A stretch of 64,000 nt of DNA, from contig NC_043011.1 of the NCBI RefSeq assembly GCF_006345805.1, forward strand, positions 23,820,464 through 23,884,463, given 5' to 3'. Under the pieces are notes generated by a model. That model did not search any database. It saw nothing but the letters and a program-made list of their open reading frames with translations, and was not told where the DNA came from. Position 1 is the first letter of the stretch, and each line of letters starts with the position of its first letter. This DNA comes from Octopus sinensis. Its lineage: Eukaryota. Both the position numbers and the translations under genes were made by a program. This document shows, in pieces, positions 53,487 through 64,000 of the stretch.

Positions 53487-54277
53487 ATATATACCGGAGT
53501 AAACACATAAATATATATATATAAAATAATATGTCACAATTACTCAATAGTCAAGATAAAACTCTCTTCGGTTATCTGGCCATCTGAAAAAACGCTATGA
53601 AAAAATACCGTTATATAAAGGGAAATTACTGTGTTATAATTCTGCTACTTATATAAAATAAGATTAAAATTTCATAGTCTAGTCATACGCTCACATGTGC
53701 GCTCGCGGACCCACGTGCGTACTTATACGTCACTATGAAAACGTACACGTCTTCACTCGCATTTTTCACCAAATATATACGCATATATATACAAACTCAT
53801 ACACACACACATGCGTACCGTAAAAGTTCATACATACGTCTATATACGCACAAGCACAAGAAAAACCATGGTTAAAGGTAACAGAAAAAAACATAAGGAA
53901 GTATACAAGGCATAAAAACCACGTTCATATACGGACATGCCCTTATTCACTCATACGCACACGCCCATATATGTACATACTCGCACATGTTTATATACGC
54001 ATACAGACACACGCATATACGAAAAATGAATATACATATGCCCCCCCCCCAAAAAAAAACCCCTTAAAAAAATGGAAAAATACTAAGTAAAAACGTCTAT
54101 ATATATATGTGCATTTTTATGCCCGCACACAGGCGTACATCTAAAACTGCCCACTCATACATATTCACACACGTGTACAAATGAAACTATATACACGTCA
54201 TAAGTAGCAGAATTTCCATTTATATAGTAATTTCCATTATATAACGGTATTTTTTCATAGCGTTTTTTCAGATGGCC

Positions 54278-54340
54278 AGATAACCGAAGAGATGGTGTTG
54301 TGGATTTCCACTTCGGCATCTGAAACTCAGAGTTTTATCT
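54278..54340 (+). ncRNA. Hammerhead-like motif of a second family
   Basis: AGAUAA-CCGAAGA-GAUG...GUGG(auuu)CCAC...CAUC-U-GAAA-CUC-A-GAG-UU-UUAUCU. Stem I is 6 bp and stem III is self-complementary. Non-canonical at C4 and the extra U. Confidence 0.45.
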
Positions 54341-54443
54341 TGACTATTGAGTAATTGTAACATATTATTTTATAGATAAATTTCCTCTATATATTGAGGT
54401 CTCTTTCTTTCTTCTGTTATCTTACTGTTTTTACCAATATATA

Positions 54444-54498
<55 letters not shown>

Positions 54499-55293
54499 AT
54501 ATATATATATACCGGAGTAAACACATAAATATATATATATAAAATAATATGTCACAATTACTCAATAGTCAAGATAAAACTCTCTTCGGTTATCTGGCCA
54601 TCTGAAAAAACGCTATGAAAAAATACCGTTATATAAAGGGAAATTACTGTGTTATAATTCTGCTACTTATATAAAATAAGATTAAAATTTCATAGTCTAG
54701 TCATACGCTCACATGTACGCTCGCGGACCCACGTGCGTACTTATACGTCACTATGAAAACGTACACGTCTTCACTCGCATTTTTCACCAAATATATACGC
54801 ATATATATACAAACTCATACACACACACATGCGTACCGTAAAAGTTCATACATACGTCTATATACGCACAAGCACAAGAAAAACCATGGTTAAAGGTACA
54901 GAAAAAAACATAAGGAAGTATACAAGGCATAAAAACCACGTTCATATACGGACATGCCCTTATTCACTCATACGCACACGCCCATATATGTACATACTCG
55001 CACATGTTTATATACGCATACACACACACGCATATACGAAAAATGAATATACATATGCCCCCCCCCCCCAAAAAAAAACCCCTAAAAAAATGGAAAAATA
55101 CTAAGTAAAAACGTCTATATATATGTGCATTTTTATGCCCGCACACACGCATACATCTAAAACTGCCCACTCATACATATTCACACACGTGTACAAATGA
55201 AACTATATACACGTCATAAGTAGCAGAATTTCCATTTATATAGTAATTTCCATTATATAACGGTATTTTTTCATAGCGTTTTTTCAGATGGCC

Positions 55294-55356
55294 AGATAAC
55301 CGAAGAGATGGTGTTGTGGATTTCCACTTCGGCATCTGAAACTCAGAGTTTTATCT
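55294..55356 (+). ncRNA. Second copy of the hammerhead-like motif in the tandem 1-kb unit
   Basis: Same sequence as 54278-54340, 1016 bp downstream. Confidence 0.45.
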
Positions 55357-55473
55357 TGACTATTGAGTAATTGTAACATATTATTTTATAGATAAATTTC
55401 CTCTATATATTGAGGTCTCTTTCTTTCTTCTGTTATCTTACTGTTTTTACCAATATATATATATATATTATAT

Positions 55474-55541
<68 letters not shown>

Positions 55542-55698
55542 TATATATAATATATATATATATATACACATATATATATATATGCACACATACATACATA
55601 CATATGTATGTATGCATGTATGTATGTATGTATGTATGTATGTATGCATGCATGTATGTATGTATGTATGTATGTATGGACATACATAATACATATAC

Positions 55699-55744
<46 letters not shown>

Positions 55745-56029
55745 CTTGAGTTTCACGATGCACAATGTCGAAAATCCACTCTTCCAGTGTCGTTCGATCT
55801 TGAGAAGGCATGGCAGAATAACATATATATATATATCAAGGTACACTTACACATGCACCTACATATTTATATATATACATACATATACCAAGCTACGTAT
55901 ATATGCATACACCGACAGGGAACTTTGCGATTACTGGACATGTACTATATGTCCTTTATTTTATAATGTCTATGCAGTCACAATTAATACCAAAACCAGT
56001 CAATTACTAAGTGTTCCGAGTTACACCGG

Positions 56030-56350
56030 ATATTTCATATTTAAGATTCATACTTAAGATTCTCGTTTAGATTAAGGTAGTGTATATACAATCGGGTATC
56101 TAAGTGTGAAGAAAATTAACTAACCTATAATTTGTTTCTATTGTGAAAGCTAAGCCGAAGTTTCTAAAGAATTTTAATAATTTTTCCCACAACGTTCTAG
56201 TTCTCTCACATTGCACTAATCAGTATGAAAGAGTGTGTCATCCCAATATAAACTCTCTCCCAAGTTAGATTTTAGGCGGAAAAATGAATAAACCAAATTT
56301 TACACATTTGTCTATAATTACGTGGATAATGTAATTTGTGACCATTCTTT
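56030..56350 (-). pseudogene. PLE RT fragment of a third family
   Basis: Minus strand: NLGESLYWDD (like GLYRDD), ELERCGKKLLKFFRNFGLAFTIETNYRLVNFL. Confidence 0.65.
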
Positions 56351-56389
56351 AGGCGTTCTCTCCCCCCTCTCTCTGTATGCATACATACA

Positions 56390-58478
56390 TTTTTTTTTAG
56401 CATGTGGGTGGTTCTGCATTTAAGGATCAGTTTCTTCACTGCCAGAGCTAACCAGTTTGGTATGCTTCTATTCCCACTGAGGGTTTGCTGGTACAAGTTG
56501 ATATGATATGGTCGGTAGAAGGTTAGCTTCTTGCACCAATATCAAACAATCAAGTCTCTTCCAGGTGATTTTCCATCCTGAAGTTTCTGGATTACAGTCA
56601 TAAGGGAATCATCATCAATGCTATATGTCTTGAGTGTAATGCAGGGACAATAAATTCTTCGAATTTCTTCCAGCCACAGAGCATCTTGGTTAAACTCCAT
56701 CTCTTCTATGATGTTCACTGCTTCTCCTCTCATGTCTCTGTACACTGATGCCTGGTTCCGGTTAATGTTTTTATTTATTGTTTTATATACAGCATGTTTA
56801 AACCTCTTTCTCTAAGACCATTGTGAAAGTGATAACATCATCACTGCAGAACAAGCAACTGGGAAGAAGGGAGTCTGGGGATGTGTCAAGCAATTATTAA
56901 TAAACAAAACTGTAAGTTCAGATAAGATGGAGCATAGACGGAACCTAGTTTCAATGTGGCTGGACTACAAGAAGGCCTTTAACTCTGTCCCCCACTCATG
57001 GATGCTAGAAGCCCTTCGACTTGATAAGGTCCTAGTGATCATAGTCAAAGCCATAGCTAACTTGACTTCATCGTAGGCCACCATCTGGAAATCAAACACA
57101 ATGAATGATTGTATTATCACTGATAGAATATAGTATCGCAGAGGCATATTCCAAGGGGACTGCCTCTCTGTGATGTTTATACTTTCTGTCATTCATGTTA
57201 AAGAAGTATGAAGGATATCTCACTGGTTCAAAAGGAAACAGAAATACCAAAATTACATACTGTTTCTTTGTGGATAACTTGAAACTATATGTCAAGAATA
57301 TATATATGGGATGAAAAAGAACATTGACCTGGTTACAACATTCTCAAAGGATATAGGGTTGGAGTTTGGTCAGGATAAATGTTGCTAAATGGTTGTGAAG
57401 AGAAGGAAAACTGTAAACCACACTAGCAACATCTTCATCAATGATTTAACTGTTTCCTCTATATCTGATGAGGAATGTTACATGTATCTAGGGGCGGATG
57501 ACAGCATATCTTACAATGGCACCTGTAACAAAACATGTGTCACTGAAGAATATTACAGCCAAATAAAGAAAATATGAACCTCAGAACTTTCTGCATTCCG
57601 TAAAACAGTGGCCCACAATGTGTTTGCAGTGCTATTACTCATGCCAACATTTGGTCTGCTTCACTGGACGCTTGATGAGGTCCGAGTCATTGATGCGAAA
57701 ACCCGGAAGATACTAACTAGCATACTTAATTTCCACATCAACAGAACGTAGACCGCCTGTACTTAAAATGAAAACAAGGGGGCAGACACTTAACATTGAT
57801 CCAGACTACTTTGAATGTTGTATTTTATCCCGTCGGCAACATCTTTTAAATGTCAAGTGTCGAAATGCATCCCTTGACCAATTATGCATACATGAGGCTG
57901 ATAACATCATAAGACTTGGAAAGCAACTGCTTGAGCAGCATTGCTTGTCTGATAACTTTAAATATATGCCCAAAGTGGTCGCACGACTCTACCGCAATGG
58001 ATCATCAGATGAAAGGATAAGCGTATATCAGCAAAAGACCATGCATAGATATGTCAAATGTAAGCATGACATATTGTTGTTTGGGACAGAGGGATATATA
58101 TATGTACCATCATAGAGGTTAACTACCTTGCAGATATTAATATCTCTTTGAAAATCTACGAAAAAGAGGATTTCTATGGATAACTGCTTCGAAACCTCCA
58201 GCTTCTATATCCAGACTATGAATCCATATTCACACCAATAATAATTGGAGCACTAGGTTTTGTTAGTAAATGCTTACAGGAGAATCTGGATAAATTGGGA
58301 TTTTCAGAAAGAGAAATTGACCGGCCGATTCGTACAGTGGAACAGTAAAAATATGCAAGACTTTTCTCAAGTTCCAAATGTGAATTTGTCTGTGTTAACT
58401 ACATCCCAAAGATGGAGCCTTGTATCTTTGCTGGAAACCGGCTCCCTTCTCAGTAGAAGATTTATAATAATAATTAAA
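56390..58478 (+). mobile_element. R4/Dong-clade non-LTR retrotransposon relic with an inverted 5' segment (56390-56805)
   Basis: Plus strand: EQATGKKGVWGC, WLDYKKAFNSVPHSW, RRGIFQGD, FSKDIGLEFGQDKC and RLE LRNLQLLYPDY..PIIIGALG, with a (TAA)n tail. Minus strand: NQASVYR, GKSPGRD and PNWL. Confidence 0.85.
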
Positions 58479-58733
58479 AAGTAGAAGAGACATACATACA
58501 TAGGTCGGTAAGTACGTGCACATATATGCATATATGCATGTACATACGTACATACATACATGTATGTATGTATGTATGTATGTATGTATGTATGTATGTA
58601 TGTATGTATGTATGTATGTATGTATGTATGTATGTCATTATTCAGTTTATTTCAAGATTTCTTGCCAATAGAGAAAGAACCGGTTTTTAACCTAGATTCA
58701 AGATTCCTTCATTGGAATATCAACATCAACAAC

Positions 58734-59984
58734 AGTGTACTTTGTTAATATAATGCAACTTACTCCGTTATCAATTCGTCAGCAGATTATTAAGCTTCGA
58801 AAGAAGGATAATTAAGTATTGGGTCTATTGCAAAGATTGTTAACAAGTCAAAATGTGTTGTTCACGGAATTCTTAAGGTTCGATGATTGTGGTTCGTGTG
58901 AAGCAAGAAAGTCTATAGATAGGCCAAGAAAAACGACCAAGAGAGAAGAACGTGCTATGGTAAAGTTGGTTAAAAAGGACAGATTTAAAACTGCTGCTGC
59001 TGTTTCTCGGGAAATGAGCATTGTATTGAAGAAAACGTTATCTCGAAAAACTTGTCTCATCGTTTAGTTGAACATAACCTACAAGCAAGATCACCAGCAG
59101 TGAAGCCACTGATCAGCTCCAAAAATAAAAAGTGTCGTCTTACCTTTGCAACCGAACATGTGTTGTGGTCTCAAGAAAAATGGCAAACGGTGCATTTCAG
59201 TGATGAATCTAAGTTTATCTTATTTGGCTCAGATGGGAAAAGGTACGTTCGTAGAAAAGTAGGTAAAAAATTGTCGCCTAAATGCCTTAAGATTAGTGTT
59301 AAATTCGGTAGAGGAAGTGTCATGGTTTGGGGGATGATATCTGGAGATGGTGTGGGCCCTTTGGTGCGATTACATGGAAAGGTAAAAGCAGGAGTTTATA
59401 AGTGCTGAGAAATTCAACTAAGCGACCACCCATATTCATGCAGGTCAATGCCCCATGTCACAAGGCTAAGGTGGTCATGAACTTCCTCAAGGCTGAAAAG
59501 GTTATTATTATGGATTGGCCTGCTCAAAGCCCAGATCTCAATCCTATTGATAATGTGTGGAATATTCTAGGAGAACGTTCGAAAGCCAGAAATCCTAAAA
59601 CAACCGAGCAATTATGGAATGCCCTTCGAGAAGAATGGAATAAGATCACCTCCTCATGCAGTTGAAGATGTCAAAGTGTGATTGAAGCTAAAGGGCTTCA
59701 CACTAAATATTAAATAATTCCAGTATTCTCTATCATTTTTGATTATTTTGTTATTTTTTCAACCGTTCTGATCATTTTTGGCCGCCATGGGTTTTGCAGT
59801 AAATCACTAAATGATGCATAACTTTTGTATTATCCTCTCAAATTACACCAAAATCTCAGACAATAACAATTAATATCGTATTTATTGTCTGTGAAAATTA
59901 TAGAATATAAAACAACTTTGATAAAAACTTATACCTAGTTTTCTGGCGAAAACAATGCCGTTCTGAAAATTTTGGCCGCAACTG
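58734..59984 (+). mobile_element. Tc1-like transposon copy 1 (left TIR deleted)
   Basis: Frameshifted transposase and right TIR ...GGCCGCAACTG|TA. The left junction caacaacag|tgtactttg skips the TIR. Confidence 0.92.
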
Positions 59985-60111
59985 TATGTATGTATGTAAG
60001 TATGTATGTATGTATATGTATGTATGTAAGTATGTATGTATGTATGTATATATGTATGTATGTAAGTATGTATGTATGTATATGTATGTATGTATGTTAT
60101 GTATGTATGTA

Positions 60112-60385
60112 TTTACGTGCAGATTTGTATGTTTTATGTATGCATTTTCAGGCATATAGCTACATATCTAGATATGCTCATATATATTTAAATGATAAAC
60201 TTTTGGAAGGTTTTTACAGATTTTTATATTTGTATATGTATGTATGTATTTACGTGCAGATTTGTATGTTTTATGTATGCATTTTCAGGCATATAGCTAC
60301 ATATCTAGATATGCTCATATATATTTAAATGATAAACTTTTGGAAGGTTTTTACAGATTTTTATATTTGTATATGTATGTATGTA
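60112..60385. repeat. About 137-bp tandem duplication inside TATG microsatellite
   Basis: tttacgtgcagatttg occurs at 60112 and 60249. Confidence 0.9.
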
Positions 60386-60705
60386 TGTTATGTATGTATG
60401 TATATATGTATGTATGTATGTATGCATGTATGTATGTATGTTATGTATGTATGTATGCATGTATGTATGTATGTTATGTATGTATGTATGCATGTATGTA
60501 TGTATGCATGTATGTATGTATGTATATATGTATGTATGTATGTATGTTGTATGTATGTATGTAAGTATGTATGTATGTATGTATGTCATTATTCAGTTTA
60601 TTTCAAGATTTCTTGCCAATAGAGAAAGAACCGGTTTTTAACCTAGATTCAAGATTCCTTCATTGGAATATCAACATCAACAACAGGGTATTTTGTTTCT
60701 ATGTA

Positions 60706-62279
60706 CAGTTGCGGCCAAAATGTTCAGAACGGCATTGTTTGCGCCAGAAAAGTAGGTATAAGTTTTTATCAAAGTTGTTTTATATTCTATAATTTTCACA
60801 GACAATAAATACGATATTAATTGTTATTGTCTGAGATTTTGGTGTAATTTGAGAGGATAATACAAAAGTTATGCATGATTTAGTGATTTACTGCAAAACC
60901 CATGGCGGCCAAAATGATCAGAACGGTTGCTTTTACTCCATGTTTTAATATATTTAACCGGCGAACTCTAATGTTTTGAATTTGTTTACGTGACGGTTCG
61001 TTTACTAAACATTAGTAAGAATATCTGCAGTGTACTTTGTTAATATAATGCAACTTACTCTGTTATCAATTCGTCAGCAGATTATTAAGCTTCGAAAGAA
61101 GGATAATTAAGTATTGGGTCTATTGCAAAGATTGTTAACAAGTCAAAATGTGTTGTTCACGGAATTCTTAAGGTTCGATGATTGTGGTTCGTGTGAAGCA
61201 AGAAAGTCTATAGATAGGCCAAGAAAAACGACCAAGAGAGAAGAACGTGCTATGGTAAAGTTGGTTAAAAAGGACAGATTTAAAACTGCTGCTGCTGTTT
61301 CTCGGGAAATGAGCATTGTATTGAAGAAAACGTTATCTCGAAAAACTTGTCTCATCGTTTAGTTGAACATAACCTACAAGCAAGATCACCAGCAGTGAAG
61401 CCACTGATCAGCTCCAAAAATAAAAAGTGTCGTCTTACCTTTGCAACCGAACATGTGTTGTGGTCTCAAGAAAAATGGCAAACGGTGCATTTCAGTGATG
61501 AATCTAAGTTTATGTTATTTGGCTCAGATGGGAAAAGGTACGTTCGTAGAAAAGTAGGTAAAAAATTGTCGCCTAAATGCCTTAAGACTAGTGTTAAATT
61601 CGGTAGAGGAAGTGTCATGGTTTGGGGGATGATATCTGGAGATGGTGTGGGCCCTTTGGTGCGATTACATGGAAAGGTAAAAGCAGGAGTTTATAAGTGC
61701 TGAGAAATTCAACTAAGCGACCACCCATATTCATGCAGGACAATGCCCCATGTCACAAGGCTAAGGTGGTCATGAACTTCCTCAAGGCTGAAAAGGTTAT
61801 TATTATGGATTGGCCTGCTCAAAGCCCAGATCTCAATCCTATTGATAATGTGTGGAATATTCTAGGAGAACGTTCGAAAGCCAGAAATCCTAAAACAACC
61901 GAGCAATTATGGAATGCCCTTCGAGAAGAATGGAATAAGATCACCTCCTCATGCAGTTGAAGATGTCAAAGTGTGATTGAAGCTAAAGGGCTTCACACTA
62001 AATATTAAATAATTCCAGTATTCTCTATCATTTTTGATTATTTTGTTATTTTTTCAACCGTTCTGATCATTTTTGGCCGCCATGGGTTTTGCAGTAAATC
62101 ACTAAATGATGCATAACTTTTGTATTATCCTCTCAAATTACACCAAAATCTCAGACAATAACAATTAATATCGTATTTATTGTCTGTGAAAATTATAGAA
62201 TATAAAACAACTTTGATAAAAACTTATACCTAGTTTTCTGGCGAAAACAATGCCGTTCTGAAAATTTTGGCCGCAACTG
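60706..62279 (+). mobile_element. Tc1-like transposon copy 2, full length with ~220-bp IR/DR-type TIRs
   Basis: TA|CAGTTGCGGCC...GGCCGCAACTG|TA, with internal DR gcggccaaaatg.tcagaacgg. FSDESKF, QDNAPCH, SPDLNPIDNVW; frameshifted. Confidence 0.95.
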
Positions 62280-62523
62280 TATGTATGTATGTATGTATTA
62301 TGTATGTATGTATGTATGTATGTATGTATGTATGTATGTATGTATGGTATGTATGTATGTATGTATGTATGTATGTATGTATGTATGTATGTATGTATGT
62401 ATGTCATTATTCAGTTTATTTCAAGATTTCTTGCCAATAGAGAAAGAACCGGTTTTTAACCTAGATTCAAGATTCCTTCATTGGAATATCAACATCAACA
62501 ACAGGGTATTTTGTTTCTATGTA

Positions 62524-64000
62524 CAGTTGCGGCCAAAATGTTCAGAACGGCATTGTTTGCGCCAGAAAAGTAGGTATAAGTTTTTATCAAAGTTGTTTTA
62601 TATTCTATAATTTTCACAGACAATAAATACGATATTAATTGTTATTGTCTGAGATTTTGGTGTAATTTGAGAGGATAATACAAAAGTTATGCATGATTTA
62701 GTGATTTACTGCAAAACCCATGGCGGCCAAAATGATCAGAACGGTTGCTTTTACTCCATGTTTTAATATATTTAACCGGCGAACTCTAATGTTTTGAATT
62801 TGTTTACGTGACGGTTCGTTTACTAAACATTAGTAAGAATATCTGCAGTGTACTTTGTTAATATAATGCAACTTACTCCGTTATCAATTCGTCAGCAGAT
62901 TATTAAGCTTCGAAAGAAGGATAATTTAAGTATTGGGTCTATTGCAAAGATTGTTAACAAGTCAAAATGTGTTGTTCACGGAATTCTTAAGGTTCGATGA
63001 TTGTGGTTCGTGTGAAGCAAGAAAGTCTATAGATAGGCCAAGAAAAACGACCAAGAGAGAAGAACGTGCTATGGTAAAGTTGGTTAAAAAGGACAGATTT
63101 AAAACTGCTGCTGCTGTTTCTCGGGAAATGAGCATTGTATTGAAGAAAACGTTATCTCGAAAAACTTGTCTCATCGTTTAGTTGAACATAACCTACAAGC
63201 AAGATCACCAGCAGTGAAGCCACTGATCAGCTCCAAAAATAAAAAGTGTCGTCTTACCTTTGCAACCGAACATGTGTTGTGGTCTCAAGAAAAATGGCAA
63301 ACGGTGCATTTCAGTGATGAATCTAAGTTTATGTTATTTGGCTCAGATGGGAAAAGGTACGTTCGTAGAAAAGTAGGTAAAAAATTGTCGCCTAAATGCC
63401 TTAAGACTAGTGTTAAATTCGGTAGAGGAAGTGTCATGGTTTGGGGGATGATATCTGGAGATGGTGTGGGCCCTTTGGTGCGATTACATGGAAAGGTAAA
63501 AGCAGGAGTTTATAAGTGCTGAGAAATTCAACTAAGCGACCACCCATATTCATGCAGGACAATGCCCCATGTCACAAGGCTAAGGTGGTCATGAACTTCC
63601 TCAAGGCTGAAAAGGTTATTATTATGGATTGGCCTGCTCAAAGCCCAGATCTCAATCCTATTGATAATGTGTGGAATATTCTAGGAGAACGTTCGAAAGC
63701 CAGAAATCCTAAAACAACCGAGCAATTATGGAATGCCCTTCGGGAAGAATGGAATAAGATCACCTCCTCATGCAGTTGAAGATGTCAAAGTGTGATTGAA
63801 GCTAAAGGGCTTCACACTAAATATTAAATAATTCCAGTATTCTCTATCATTTTTGATTATTTTGTTATTTTTTCAACCGTTCTGATCATTTTTGGCCGCC
63901 ATGGGTTTTGCAGTAAATCACTAAATGATGCATAACTTTTGTATTATCCTCTCAAATTACACCAAAATCTCAGACAATAACAATTAATATCGTATTTATT
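62524..64000 (+). mobile_element. Tc1-like transposon copy 3 (runs off the window)
   Basis: Near-identical to copy 2 at an offset of about 1818 bp. Confidence 0.95.

Larger units (their letters stand above)
53493..55455. repeat. Two tandem ~1.02-kb units, each with internal inverted arms (probably a non-autonomous PLE-type element)
   Basis: Units start accggagtaaac at 53493 and 54511. In each, ~53525-53655 is the reverse complement of ~54200-54372. A piece of the family also occurs inverted at 25525-25595. Confidence 0.85.

Noticed and set aside
55770-55822. [11 protein letters not shown] resembling LINE RT FDLEKAYD
   Set aside because: About 50 bp between microsatellites; too short to support.

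Overview
Repeat-rich eukaryotic genomic DNA, most likely a cephalopod (Octopus-type SINE families, abundant CA/TA/TATG microsatellites); the taxon is inferred from recognised repeats. Host genes: the last four coding exons of a kinesin-6 KIF23/MKLP1 orthologue (+; 6617-6725, 15860-15999, 17620-17801, 19580-19604) and an intact, intronless 331-aa Cys-rich ORF with a signal peptide and hydrophobic tail (-; 46517-47512) that I cannot assign to a family. Most of the rest is mobile DNA: a near full-length Penelope-like element (PLE) with pseudo-LTRs in a KIF23 intron, two other PLE RT fragments, Helitrons, a Gypsy-like pol with a 3' LTR, R4/Dong, RTE and CRE-like LINE relics, Tigger, pogo and Tc1 transposons, MITEs and many SINEs. 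The most unusual signal is a set of self-cleaving-ribozyme-like folds not visible in the ORF track: minimal type I hammerheads in three PLE pseudo-LTRs (two with a CCGA core), a second hammerhead-like family in a tandem 1-kb inverted-repeat unit, and an HDV-like fold at the 5' end of a 360-bp TSD-flanked retroposon. All folds were paired by eye and are untested. Many long ORFs in the track are microsatellite translations.
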